From contig CAKPSH010000004.1 of the NCBI GenBank assembly GCA_934183325.1, forward strand, positions 27,433-91,432: 64,000 bases of DNA, given 5' to 3'. The stretch comes from an uncultured Clostridia bacterium. Its GTDB lineage: Bacteria; Bacillota; Clostridia; TANB77; CAG-508. The notes beneath the pieces were generated by a model, which searched no databases, was not told where the DNA came from, and was given only the letters and a program-made list of their open reading frames with translations. Shown piece by piece: positions 18,676 to 28,313 of the stretch (the stretch's first letter is position 1; every line of letters starts with the position of its first letter). Made by a program: the position numbers and the translations under genes.

Positions 18676-18790
18676 TATTCTTAGGAAAGTCATCTATGAA
18701 ATAGTGAGTTTCCTTAGAAGATAATTATGGAAGAATTAAATTTTCTTATGTGCCTTTGGCACTTAGAAAATGTTATTTTTTTTTTATATT
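18668..18790 (+). repeat. Intergenic repeated element, copy A (shared with 58604-58750)
   Basis: ~50 nt identical block tttttttatattcttaggaaagtcatctatgaaatagtgagtttccttagaa containing a 9-bp-stem hairpin, plus a second conserved block ttcttat.tgc.tt..ggcacttagaaaat.ttattttttt. Confidence 0.45.
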
Positions 18791-18894
18791 CAAAAAAATT
18801 GTATGTTTTATTATATCTATTTCTTATATATCAGTATAAATAATTGAAGAAAATGCAATATTAAATATAAACTAAGTTTAAGAAAGAGGTTTAA

Positions 18895-19014
18895 TATGGA
18901 ATTTAGTGAAGATAAAGTAATTAATGGAGAATTTATACCTTCATATTTTGCATGGCTAACTTTGGAAAAGCAAAAGGAAGTAGCAGATAAACTTTCAAAT
19001 ATGACAAATAAATA
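18895..19014 (+). CDS. Possible small protein (39 aa), unannotated short ORF
   Basis: ATG preceded by AAGAGG RBS at 7-nt spacing; MEFSEDKVINGEFIPSYFAWLTLEKQKEVADKLSNMTNK; below ORF-track size cutoff. Confidence 0.25.
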
Positions 19015-19254
19015 AATCAATAATTAAGAGGTAAAATTTATAAGGATTTTATCTCTTTTTTGATTGCATAAATTATTATTATTAAGAATATTTTATATTT
19101 TATAATTTAAGAAAAATATATAACAAAATTCGAGTAATTATTATTGAAATGAACAAAAAATAGTATAGAGAATTATAATTTTTAAGAAATATATTGAAAA
19201 AGATATAAATAAAACAGTGAAAAAAATTAATGTTGTCAATTTTATTATTACTAT

Positions 19255-19294
19255 TAGAACCTTTGTCTAACACATAGAACCTTTGTCGAACATA
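19255..19294 (+). promoter_or_regulatory. Tandem 20-bp direct repeats (candidate operator) abutting the clpC -35
   Basis: tagaacctttgtctaacaca / tagaacctttgtcgaacata, 17/20 identical, immediately upstream of the TTGAAC -35. Confidence 0.35.
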
Positions 19295-19323
19295 TTGAAC
19301 TTAAAAAAATATATGATTATAAT
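19295..19323 (+). promoter_or_regulatory. Candidate sigma-A promoter of clpC (TTGAAC-17-TATAAT)
   Basis: -35 TTGAAC 19295-19300, 17-nt spacer, -10 TATAAT 19318-19323, 28 nt upstream of the RBS. Confidence 0.45.
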
Positions 19324-19351
19324 TTGAACAAAAAACAAAGGAGATAAAATT

Positions 19352-21793
19352 ATGTTAGATTATAAATTTACAAAAAGTGCAAATAAAGCAATAGAAATGG
19401 CTAGTGAAATAGCTGTAAAATTTGGACATAATTATGTAGGAACAGAACATTTATTATATGGATTGGCTAGTGAAAATACAGGTGTAGCATTTAAAGTATT
19501 AGAAAGACAAAATATTACACCTGATGATATTTTAGATGATATAGAAGAATTAATTGGAAAGAATGATGAAGGAGTTGATAAAACATTAGGATTTACACCA
19601 AGATGTAAAAAAGCTTTTGAAAATGCATATAGAGAAGCAAAGAAAATTAGTTCAGATTTTGTAGGAACTGAACATATACTAGTTGGCATTGTTAAAGAAA
19701 CGGATAGTATAGCCGTTAGAATTTTAAATGATTTAGGTATAGATATACAGAAAATGTATAATGAAATAGTTAAGATATTAGATGAACAAAACTTTAGTGA
19801 TGAAGATTTTATGAAAAGTATAAACATAAAGAATAAAGGAAGTTATGGAATGACGAATACATTAAATCAATATAGTGTTGATTTAACAATAGAAGCTCAA
19901 AAGGGAAAGTTAGATAGTATTATTGGAAGAAATAAAGAAATAGAAAGGGTCATACAAATATTAACTAGAAGAACAAAAAATAATCCTTGTTTAATTGGAG
20001 AGCCAGGAGTAGGAAAAACAGCAATAGTTGAAGGATTAGCAGAAAAAATAGTAGAAGATGATGTGCCAGAAATGTTAAGAAATAAAAGAGTAGTATCATT
20101 AGATATTTCTAGTATGGTAGCAGGAGCAAAATATAGAGGAGATTTTGAAGAAAGAATAAAAAAAGCACTTAATGAAGTTAGAAAAGCAAAAGATATTATT
20201 TTATTTATAGATGAAATACACACAATAGTAGGAGCAGGAGCAGCAGAAGGAGCAATAGATGCAGCTAATATTTTAAAACCATTATTATCAAGAGGAAAAA
20301 TACAACTAGTAGGAGCAACGACAATAAATGAATATAGAAAATATATAGAAAAAGATGCTGCATTAGAACGTAGATTTAGTTCAGTATTAGTTGAAGAACC
20401 AAGTATTAGTGATACAGTAATGATTTTAAGTGGAATAAGAGATAAATATGAATTACATCATAATGTAAAAATAAATGATTCAGCCTTAGAAGAGGCGGTA
20501 ATTTTATCATCAAGATATATAAATGATAGATTTTTACCAGATAAAGCAATAGATATATTAGATGAAGCAGCATCAACAGCAAAGATGAAAAAATATAAAC
20601 TGCCTGAAAAGATAAGAGAAATGGAAGAAGAAATGCTTGAAACGAAAAGAGCAAAAGAGGAGGCAATTAAGACACAGAATTTTGAAGATGCAGCAATATT
20701 AAGGGATAAAGAGGAAAAACAAAAAGCAAAAATGAATGATGAAAAAGAAAAATGGTCTGAAAAAAATGGAAGTGAAAGAATCGAAATTACAAAAGAAGAT
20801 ATAGCAAATATAATATCAAGCTGGACTAATATCCCTGTAAAGAAAATAAATGAAGATGAAAATGAAAAATTGAAAAATTTAGAAAAATCATTACATCAAA
20901 GAGTAATAGGACAAGAAGAAGCAATTAGTGCTTTAGCAAAAGCAATCAGAAGAGGAAGAGTTGGCTTAAAAGATCCTAATAGACCGATAGGTTCTTTTTT
21001 ATTCTTAGGACCTACTGGAGTTGGAAAAACAGAGACAGCAAAGGCTTTAGCAACAGAATTATTTGGTAATGAAAATGCAATGATTAGGTTAGATATGTCA
21101 GAATTTATGGAAGCACATTCAGTAGCCAAATTAATAGGTGCTCCTCCAGGATATGTGGGTTTTGACGAAGGAGGACAATTAACTGAAAAAGTAAGAAGAA
21201 AACCATATTCTGTTATTTTATTTGATGAAATAGAGAAAGCACATATAGATGTAATGAATATATTATTACAAGTATTAGAAGATGGAAGACTTACAGATTC
21301 AACAGGGAGAACCATTGATTTTAAAAATACGGTAATAATATTAACCTCCAATATAGGAGCTTCAAAAATAAATAAAAAGAATACTTTAGGATTTACCGAA
21401 AAAGTTAATGATGAAAAACAAAGAGAATATGAAGATATAAAAAATGAAGTTATGGAAGAAGTAAAAAAAGAGCTAAAGCCAGAGTTTATAAATCGTATAG
21501 ATGAAATAGTGGTATTTCATAAATTAAATGATGAAGAGATAGATAAAATAATAGAACTATTATTAGTACAAGTGGAAAAAAGATTGTTAGATAATGGATA
21601 TAATATAAAAATTGATAGGAGCGTAATAGAAGAAATAAAAAAGAAAGGATATGACAAAAATTATGGAGCACGTCCATTAAGAAGAAGTATTCAAACATTA
21701 GTTGAAGATAAGATAGCAGAAGAAATTTTAGAAGGAAAATTGAAAAATAATCAAAAGTTTTCACTAGAAAGCAAAAAAGTATTTACAAAGTAA
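19352..21793 (+). CDS. clpC: ATP-dependent Clp protease ATP-binding subunit ClpC (double AAA+)
   Basis: Two Clp-N repeats, two Walker A sites (GEPGVGKTAI, GPTGVGKTE), UVR-like linker; 813 aa. Confidence 0.85.
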   Translation: MLDYKFTKSANKAIEMASEIAVKFGHNYVGTEHLLYGLASENTGVAFKVLERQNITPDDILDDIEELIGKNDEGVDKTLGFTPRCKKAFENAYREAKKISSDFVGTEHILVGIVKETDSIAVRILNDLGIDIQKMYNEIVKILDEQNFSDEDFMKSINIKNKGSYGMTNTLNQYSVDLTIEAQKGKLDSIIGRNKEIERVIQILTRRTKNNPCLIGEPGVGKTAIVEGLAEKIVEDDVPEMLRNKRVVSLDISSMVAGAKYRGDFEERIKKALNEVRKAKDIILFIDEIHTIVGAGAAEGAIDAANILKPLLSRGKIQLVGATTINEYRKYIEKDAALERRFSSVLVEEPSISDTVMILSGIRDKYELHHNVKINDSALEEAVILSSRYINDRFLPDKAIDILDEAASTAKMKKYKLPEKIREMEEEMLETKRAKEEAIKTQNFEDAAILRDKEEKQKAKMNDEKEKWSEKNGSERIEITKEDIANIISSWTNIPVKKINEDENEKLKNLEKSLHQRVIGQEEAISALAKAIRRGRVGLKDPNRPIGSFLFLGPTGVGKTETAKALATELFGNENAMIRLDMSEFMEAHSVAKLIGAPPGYVGFDEGGQLTEKVRRKPYSVILFDEIEKAHIDVMNILLQVLEDGRLTDSTGRTIDFKNTVIILTSNIGASKINKKNTLGFTEKVNDEKQREYEDIKNEVMEEVKKELKPEFINRIDEIVVFHKLNDEEIDKIIELLLVQVEKRLLDNGYNIKIDRSVIEEIKKKGYDKNYGARPLRRSIQTLVEDKIAEEILEGKLKNNQKFSLESKKVFTK

Positions 21794-21847
21794 AAAAATA
21801 TATAATATAATATGGAATATATTGAAAACAAGAAGGAATGAGAAAAA

Positions 21848-23212
21848 ATGGCAAAAGTGAAATCTGTGTTTGTTTGTAATGAATGTGGATATGAATCAGC
21901 TAAATGGATGGGAAAATGCCCAGCATGTAATGCTTGGAATAGCTTTTTTGAAGAAAAAATCACAAAAAGTTCTTCAGGAACTAGTAGTGGCGAAAAGAAA
22001 AAAAGTGTTACACCCCAAAAATTAAATCAAGTTGTGGGAACAGAGGCAACAAGAGTATCAACAGGATTTAAAGAACTAGATAGTGTATTAGGTGGAGGCT
22101 TAGTTAATGGTTCATTAGTACTATTAGGAGGAGAACCAGGAATAGGAAAATCAACACTAATATTGCAAATATGTGATAAATTAAAAACAGATGGAACAAT
22201 TTTATATGTTTCTGGTGAGGAATCAGCAGAACAGATAAAAATTAGAGCAGATAGATTAAAAGTAAATAAGGATAATTTACTATTTTTAGGAGAAACAGAT
22301 ATCGATTTAATTGAAGAGGCGATAAATAATACAAAACCTAAGCTTGTAATCATAGATTCTGTACAGACTATTTACTCAGAAGATGTAACCTCAGCTCCAG
22401 GAAGTGTAAGTCAGGTAAGAGAAGTTACAGCAAGAATAATGAAGATGTGCAAAGCACAGGCAATTACCACAATAATAATCGGTCATGTTACAAAAGATGG
22501 AAATATTGCTGGACCTAGAGTATTGGAACATATGGTAGATGTAGTTTTATATCTTGAAGGAGAAAGATATTTCTCATATAGAGTACTTAGAGGTGTAAAA
22601 AATAGATTTGGATCAACAAATGAAATTGGAATGTTTGAAATGGCAGGAGTTGGGCTTAAAGAAATAGAAAATCCATCAGCTGTTATGATATCTGAAAGAG
22701 ATGATAATCCAGCAGGTTCAGTTGTTGTTGCAAGTATAGAAGGAACTAGACCTTTATTAATAGAAATACAAGCATTAACATCACAAACCGTTTTTGGATT
22801 ACCAAGAAGAACAGCAAATGGATTAGATTATAATAGATTAACATTATTAATAGCTGTACTAGAAAAGAAAGCTGGATTAAACCTTGGAAATCAGGATGTT
22901 TATTTAAATATAGTAAATGGTATAAAAGTAAATGAGCCAGCAATAGATTTAGGGATAATGTTAGCAGCAGCTTCAAGTTATAAGAACATACCAATTTCAA
23001 ATAAGCTAGTGGCAATTGGAGAAGTTGGATTAACAGGAGAAGTAAGAAATGTTAATTTAATTGAAAAAAGACTTAAGGAAGCAGAAAAATTAGGATTTAC
23101 AACTTGCATAATACCAGAAAGCAATAAAAGATACCTTAAAGAAAGTTTTAATCTCCAAATAATTGGTGTAAAAAATATAAATGAAGCTATGAAAGGTGCT
23201 GGGATAAAATGA
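21848..23212 (+). CDS. radA: DNA repair protein RadA/Sms
   Basis: N-terminal C4 zinc finger CNECGYES..CPAC, RecA-like GEPGIGKST P-loop, C-terminal Lon-like domain. Confidence 0.9.
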   Translation: MAKVKSVFVCNECGYESAKWMGKCPACNAWNSFFEEKITKSSSGTSSGEKKKSVTPQKLNQVVGTEATRVSTGFKELDSVLGGGLVNGSLVLLGGEPGIGKSTLILQICDKLKTDGTILYVSGEESAEQIKIRADRLKVNKDNLLFLGETDIDLIEEAINNTKPKLVIIDSVQTIYSEDVTSAPGSVSQVREVTARIMKMCKAQAITTIIIGHVTKDGNIAGPRVLEHMVDVVLYLEGERYFSYRVLRGVKNRFGSTNEIGMFEMAGVGLKEIENPSAVMISERDDNPAGSVVVASIEGTRPLLIEIQALTSQTVFGLPRRTANGLDYNRLTLLIAVLEKKAGLNLGNQDVYLNIVNGIKVNEPAIDLGIMLAAASSYKNIPISNKLVAIGEVGLTGEVRNVNLIEKRLKEAEKLGFTTCIIPESNKRYLKESFNLQIIGVKNINEAMKGAGIK

Positions 23213-24279
23213 GAGAAACAAAGAAAGATGACATAACAGAAGTATTGAAAATAATATCACCAGGAACTCCGATAAGAGAAGGACTAGAAAATATTTTGAA
23301 AGCAAAGACTGGTGGACTTATAGTAATAGGAGATTCGCAAGAAGTATTGGATATTGTAGATGGTGGATTTAATATAAATGAAGAGTACACTCCATCAAGG
23401 CTTTATGAATTAGCAAAAATGGATGGAGCTATAGTTATAAGCAGTGATTTAAAAAAAATATTATATGCAAACACACAATTGATTCCAAATCCTGAAATAG
23501 AAACCAAAGAAACAGGAACAAGACATAGAACTGCAGAAAGAACAGCCAAACAAACTAAACAACTTGTAATAAGCATATCACAGAGAAGAAGTGTCATAAC
23601 TGTATATAAGGGAAATAGTAAGTATGTAATAGAGGATACTTCAAAAGTATTAGAAAAAGCGAACCAAGCATTACAGACAGCGGAAAAATATAAAAAAGTA
23701 TATGATAGAGAAATAAATACTTTAAATGAGTACGAATTTAATGATATTGTAACTCTAGAAAATGTAATAACTGTAATTCAAAGAGCTGAATTAGTTATGA
23801 AAATGGTTGATGAAGTAAGATGTATGGTGTATGAATTGGGAGAAGAAGGAAGACTAGTTGAAATGCAATTGGAAGAGCTGGTTGGAGATTTGGAAAAAGA
23901 AGAAAATTTAATAATAAAGGATTATGTAACAAAAAAGAAAAAAGCAGAAAAAGTTTTAAAAGAAATAATTGATTTGGAAGTTCAAAATCTTTTAAATCCT
24001 ACAACAATAGCAAAAATCTTAGGATACGAGAATTTTGAAAACTTTGATGAAGTTGGAGTATATACGAAAGGATATAGAATATTAAGTAAGGTTCCAAAAA
24101 TGCCATCAAATATAGTAGATAATTTAATAAAATCATTTAAATCCTTCCAACACATATTGATTGCAGATATTCCTGCTTTAGATGAGGTTGAAGGAATAGG
24201 AGAAGTAAGAGCAAGAACGATAAAACAATCATTACAAAGAATGCAAGAACAATTTGTTTTTGATAAAATGTTGTCTTAA
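23209..24279 (+). CDS. disA: DNA integrity scanning protein DisA (diadenylate cyclase)
   Basis: DAC domain with DGAIVI and RHRTAER motifs, C-terminal HhH region; overlaps radA stop as in the Firmicute radA-disA arrangement. Confidence 0.85.
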   Translation: MRETKKDDITEVLKIISPGTPIREGLENILKAKTGGLIVIGDSQEVLDIVDGGFNINEEYTPSRLYELAKMDGAIVISSDLKKILYANTQLIPNPEIETKETGTRHRTAERTAKQTKQLVISISQRRSVITVYKGNSKYVIEDTSKVLEKANQALQTAEKYKKVYDREINTLNEYEFNDIVTLENVITVIQRAELVMKMVDEVRCMVYELGEEGRLVEMQLEELVGDLEKEENLIIKDYVTKKKKAEKVLKEIIDLEVQNLLNPTTIAKILGYENFENFDEVGVYTKGYRILSKVPKMPSNIVDNLIKSFKSFQHILIADIPALDEVEGIGEVRARTIKQSLQRMQEQFVFDKMLS

Positions 24280-24332
24280 TAATAAAACAATGATATAATA
24301 TGAAAAATCAAAAAGATAAAATTTAGAAAGGA

Positions 24333-25148
24333 TTGATAAAAATGAAAAAAGCAGTACTAATTATTGCAATTTTATTAGTAATAGTTTTGATAGGTGGAGT
24401 TAGTTTTGGTATTGTAAAATATGCAACACAAAAAGTAGAAAATCCAGTTGCAACAATAAAATTTAAAGATTATGATGAGGCAGTTGTTGTTGAATTGTAT
24501 CCAGAATATGCTGAAAACACAGTTACAAATTTTATTAAATTAGCAGATAATGGATATTATAATGGATTAAAAATACATAGAGTAGAGGAATCTTTAATAC
24601 AAGGAGGGGATTCAAAAGGAGATGGTTCTGGTTCACCAACACAAGGTGCAATTGATAAAAGTATAGAGTCAGGATCAGATGCAGATAAAGAATATGCAAT
24701 CCCAGGAGAATTTGCAAAAAATGGATATAAAAATAATACACTAAAATTTGAAAGAGGCACAATAGGAATGGCAAGAGGGGACTATACAAATTATGATTCA
24801 AGTTTAACAGATGAGAGTTATAACTCAGCTGGTTCTCAATTTTTTATATTAACAAAAACATCATCAAGCTTAAATGGAAATTATTGTGCATTTGGTAAAG
24901 TTACAAGTGGAATGGATACAGTTGACGCAATTTCAAAAGTTGAAACAGCTGTTGATGAAGAAAAAAATGAAGAAACAGGAGAAACAACACAAAAAGAAAC
25001 AACAAGACCTGCAACAGATGTTATTATTGAAAGCATAACAATAGATTCAAAAGGTGTTGATTATGGAATGCCTACAACAAATGAAGTATTTGATTTTTCA
25101 ACTTGGTATATGTCTAAATATTATTCAAGTAGTTCTTCATCAAACTAA
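24333..25148 (+). CDS. Membrane-anchored cyclophilin-type peptidyl-prolyl cis-trans isomerase
   Basis: Signal anchor then cyclophilin core (FHRV-like KIHRV, GTIGMAR, SQFFI) and a Ser-rich tail. Confidence 0.75.
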   Translation: MIKMKKAVLIIAILLVIVLIGGVSFGIVKYATQKVENPVATIKFKDYDEAVVVELYPEYAENTVTNFIKLADNGYYNGLKIHRVEESLIQGGDSKGDGSGSPTQGAIDKSIESGSDADKEYAIPGEFAKNGYKNNTLKFERGTIGMARGDYTNYDSSLTDESYNSAGSQFFILTKTSSSLNGNYCAFGKVTSGMDTVDAISKVETAVDEEKNEETGETTQKETTRPATDVIIESITIDSKGVDYGMPTTNEVFDFSTWYMSKYYSSSSSSN

Positions 25149-25275
25149 AATAAGCAAAAAAAATTACCACATTATGTGGTAATTTTTTTTCTTTCTAGAA
25201 AAAGAGCAAGTAATATATTGAAAAAAATAGGTCTTAGAATTATAATAAATTTAATATTATTACAGGGAGATAAAA

Positions 25276-26364
25276 ATGTTAAAAAAGATTTATAAATTAG
25301 GAGAAATGACACTAATAAAAATGTATAGAGAACAAGAATATAAGGAACATAAACTAATAGATTTGTTTTGGGAATGCACTTTAACATGTAATGCTAAATG
25401 TAAACATTGTGGAAGCAGTGCTGAGAATAAGAAATATGATGATGAGTTAACAACAGAAGAAATAAAAAATGCATTTAAGCAAATTGCAAATGATATGGAT
25501 GCAAATAAAATTTTGATTAATGTAACAGGAGGAGAACCTTTAATAAGAAAAGATCTGTATGAAGTTATGGAATATGCTACCAATGAATTAGGATTTCATT
25601 GGGGGATGACTACAAACGGAATATTATTAAATGATGAAAATATTAAAAAATTAAAAAAGGCAAATATGGAAACAATTTCAATAAGTATAGATGGAATAGA
25701 AGAAACACATGATAGCTTTAGAGGAGTTCATGGAGCTTATAGAATAATAATTGACAATATAAAAAAATTAAATAAGGCTAATTTTGTGAAACATATTCAA
25801 GTTACAACTGTGTTTCATAAAAAAAATATTGACCAATTAGATGAATTATATTATATAATGAAAGATTTGAAATTAGATTCTTGGAGATTAGTAGCAATGG
25901 ATCCAATAGGAAGGGCAAAAGAGAATAGCAATTTATTATTAGATGGAGAAGAATTAAAAAAAATATTAGATTTTATTAAAACAAAGAAAAATGATAGAAA
26001 ACCGGAAATAACTTATGGATGTTCTAGTTTTCTCGGATTGGATTATGAAAAAGAAGTTAGAAAATATTATTTTTATTGTAAATCAGGAATAAATGTAGCA
26101 AGTATATTATATAATGGGGATTTATTTGTATGTCCTAATGTTCCAAGAAGAAAAGAATTAATACAAGGAAACATTAAAGTTGACAATTTTAAAGACGTAT
26201 GGGATAATAAATATAAACAATTTAGAAATAAAAATAGAACAAAATGTAGTTCTTGTGAACAATGCGAGCAATGGGAGTATTGCTTAGGCGGTTCTTTTCA
26301 TACTTGGGATTTTAATGAAAATATACAAAATAGATGTGTATATAAAATGATTAATAATAAGTAG
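25276..26364 (+). CDS. Radical SAM protein with C-terminal SPASM domain
   Basis: CNAKCKHC (Cx3Cx2C) cluster, GGEPL motif, and C-terminal CSSCEQCEQWEYCLGGS SPASM-like cysteine array. Confidence 0.7.
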   Translation: MLKKIYKLGEMTLIKMYREQEYKEHKLIDLFWECTLTCNAKCKHCGSSAENKKYDDELTTEEIKNAFKQIANDMDANKILINVTGGEPLIRKDLYEVMEYATNELGFHWGMTTNGILLNDENIKKLKKANMETISISIDGIEETHDSFRGVHGAYRIIIDNIKKLNKANFVKHIQVTTVFHKKNIDQLDELYYIMKDLKLDSWRLVAMDPIGRAKENSNLLLDGEELKKILDFIKTKKNDRKPEITYGCSSFLGLDYEKEVRKYYFYCKSGINVASILYNGDLFVCPNVPRRKELIQGNIKVDNFKDVWDNKYKQFRNKNRTKCSSCEQCEQWEYCLGGSFHTWDFNENIQNRCVYKMINNK

Positions 26365-26373
26365 AGGAAAATT

Positions 26374-26733
26374 ATGAAAGAAGTAATAAATAAGTTAAAA
26401 AAATTTTTATCAAAATTAAAAGGCATAATTGGTGGTATAGGAGTAGGAATATTAGCATTTGCAAATAAAATATATGCGGTTCCTCTTAATATAATAAATC
26501 AAGCAGGAATGATAGAAACTGTTTATGGTATTCCAAGACCAAGTCCAATAAAGGTGATTATTAAAGTATCACAAGTGTTTATTATACCAATAGCCATGTT
26601 AATTGGATTATTAGTTTATTTTAAGAAAAGTAAAAGTAGTAAAAAGAAAAAGATATTAGTAATATTAGGAATTATTATTATAGCTATAGTATTTTACTTT
26701 ATAGTGAATAAAATTATGTATGAGTTATTTTAA
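26374..26733 (+). CDS. Small membrane protein (2-3 TM) downstream of the rSAM gene
   Basis: Hydrophobic segments IIGGIGVGILAF, IIPIAMLIGLLVYF, ILVILGIIIIAIVFYFIV; lysine-rich loop. Confidence 0.4.
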   Translation: MKEVINKLKKFLSKLKGIIGGIGVGILAFANKIYAVPLNIINQAGMIETVYGIPRPSPIKVIIKVSQVFIIPIAMLIGLLVYFKKSKSSKKKKILVILGIIIIAIVFYFIVNKIMYELF

Positions 26734-26782
26734 TAAAAAAGGATTTTGAAAAATATAATTAATTTCAAAATCCTTTTTTATA

Positions 26783-28174
26783 TTAAAAATCACAATTTTT
26801 TGGTGTTCTAGGGAATGGAATAACATCACGTATGTTTTGCATTCCAGTTAAATACATCATCATTCTTTCAAAACCTAATCCAAATCCAGAGTGAACAACA
26901 GAACCATATTTTCTTAAATCCATATACCAATCATAAGTATTTTCATCCATTCCTAGTTCTTTTATTTTTGCAGATAATTTATCGAAATCTTCCTCTCTTT
27001 GACTTCCACCAATTATTTCTCCAATACCAGGAGCAAGTAAATCAGTAGCTGCAACAGTTTTTCCATCAGGATTTTGTTTCATATAAAAAGCTTTAATTTC
27101 AGCAGGATAATCTGTTACGAAAACAGGTTTACCAAATAATTGCTCACAAATATATCTTTCATGTTCTGTTTGTAAATCAACTCCCCAAGAAACTTTATAT
27201 TCAAATTTATCATTAACTTTTTCTAATTCTTTAATAACATCTGTATAAGTGATTCTACCAAAATCAGAATTGATAACATTGTGTAATCTATCCAATAAGG
27301 TATTATCAATGAATTTATTAAAGAATTCCATTTCTTCAGGACATTCATTTAATACATAAGTAATTATATATTTTATCATATCTTCTGCTAAATCCATATC
27401 ATCTTTTAAATCAGCAAAACAGATTTCAGGTTCAATCATCCAAAATTCTGCAGCATGTTTAACGGTATTTGAATTTTCAGCTCTAAAAGTAGGACCAAAA
27501 GTATATACATTTCTAAAAGATGTAGCAAATGCTTCTGCATTTAATTGACCGCTAACAGTCAAATGAGCAGGTTTACCAAAGAAATCTTTGGAATAATCAA
27601 CTTTTCCATCATCAGTCATAGGAACATTAGCTAAATCAAAAGAATTTACATTAAACATTTCTCCTGCACCTTCAGCATCGCTAGATGTAATAAGTGGGGT
27701 ATGAACATATACAAATCCTCTTTCTTGAAAAAATTTGTGTATTGCAAAAGATAATACACTTCTAACTCTAAAAACAGCACTAAAAGTATTTGTACGAGGA
27801 CGTAAGTGAGATACTGTTCTTAAATATTCAAAACTTGTTTTCTTCTTTTGAAGTGGATAATCAAGAGAAGATAAATTTTCAATTGTTATTTCATTAGCTT
27901 TTATTTCAAAAGCTTGTTTTGCTCCTTCTGTTTTTATAAGAGTTCCTGTAACTTTGATAGAAGAACTAATTGATAATTTACATATTTCATTAAAATTAGA
28001 TAAGGTATCCTCAAAAACGATTTGAACATTTTTAAAAAAACTTCCATCATTTAATTCTATAAAACCAAAAGCTTTTGAATTTCGAACTGTTCTAACCCAA
28101 CCTTCTAAAATAACTTGCTTATCAACGTATTCGCTAGTATTACGGTACAAATCTTTAATTGTTAATTTCTTCAT
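26783..28174 (-). CDS. asnS: Asparagine--tRNA ligase
   Basis: N-terminal OB anticodon-binding region ([21 protein letters not shown]), class II motifs (FRAE, GLGFER); 463 aa from ATG 28174 after AGGGATGA RBS. Confidence 0.85.
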   Translation of the reverse strand: MKKLTIKDLYRNTSEYVDKQVILEGWVRTVRNSKAFGFIELNDGSFFKNVQIVFEDTLSNFNEICKLSISSSIKVTGTLIKTEGAKQAFEIKANEITIENLSSLDYPLQKKKTSFEYLRTVSHLRPRTNTFSAVFRVRSVLSFAIHKFFQERGFVYVHTPLITSSDAEGAGEMFNVNSFDLANVPMTDDGKVDYSKDFFGKPAHLTVSGQLNAEAFATSFRNVYTFGPTFRAENSNTVKHAAEFWMIEPEICFADLKDDMDLAEDMIKYIITYVLNECPEEMEFFNKFIDNTLLDRLHNVINSDFGRITYTDVIKELEKVNDKFEYKVSWGVDLQTEHERYICEQLFGKPVFVTDYPAEIKAFYMKQNPDGKTVAATDLLAPGIGEIIGGSQREEDFDKLSAKIKELGMDENTYDWYMDLRKYGSVVHSGFGLGFERMMMYLTGMQNIRDVIPFPRTPKNCDF

Positions 28175-28313
28175 AAAATCATCCCTTCTATAATATAAGA
28201 TTTCAATATTATATACCAAAAAAGGTTGAAAATTCAATAGATTATACGAAATATATAGAAAAAATGAAAAAAAGATGATATAATACTTGTTATGTAAATT
28301 AGGAGGAGAAGAA

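Noticed and set aside
19255-19294. CtsR operator upstream of clpC
   Set aside because: The tandem repeats (GAACCTTTGTC, 20-bp period) do not match the CtsR heptad direct repeat (A/G)GTCAAA-NAN-(A/G)GTCAAA on either strand. They are kept only as an unassigned candidate operator.
28175-28313. T-box leader upstream of asnS
   Set aside because: Only about 140 nt separate the divergent asnS and 28314 gene starts. No T-box consensus (AATTAGGGTGGNACCGCG) or specifier/antiterminator architecture is present.
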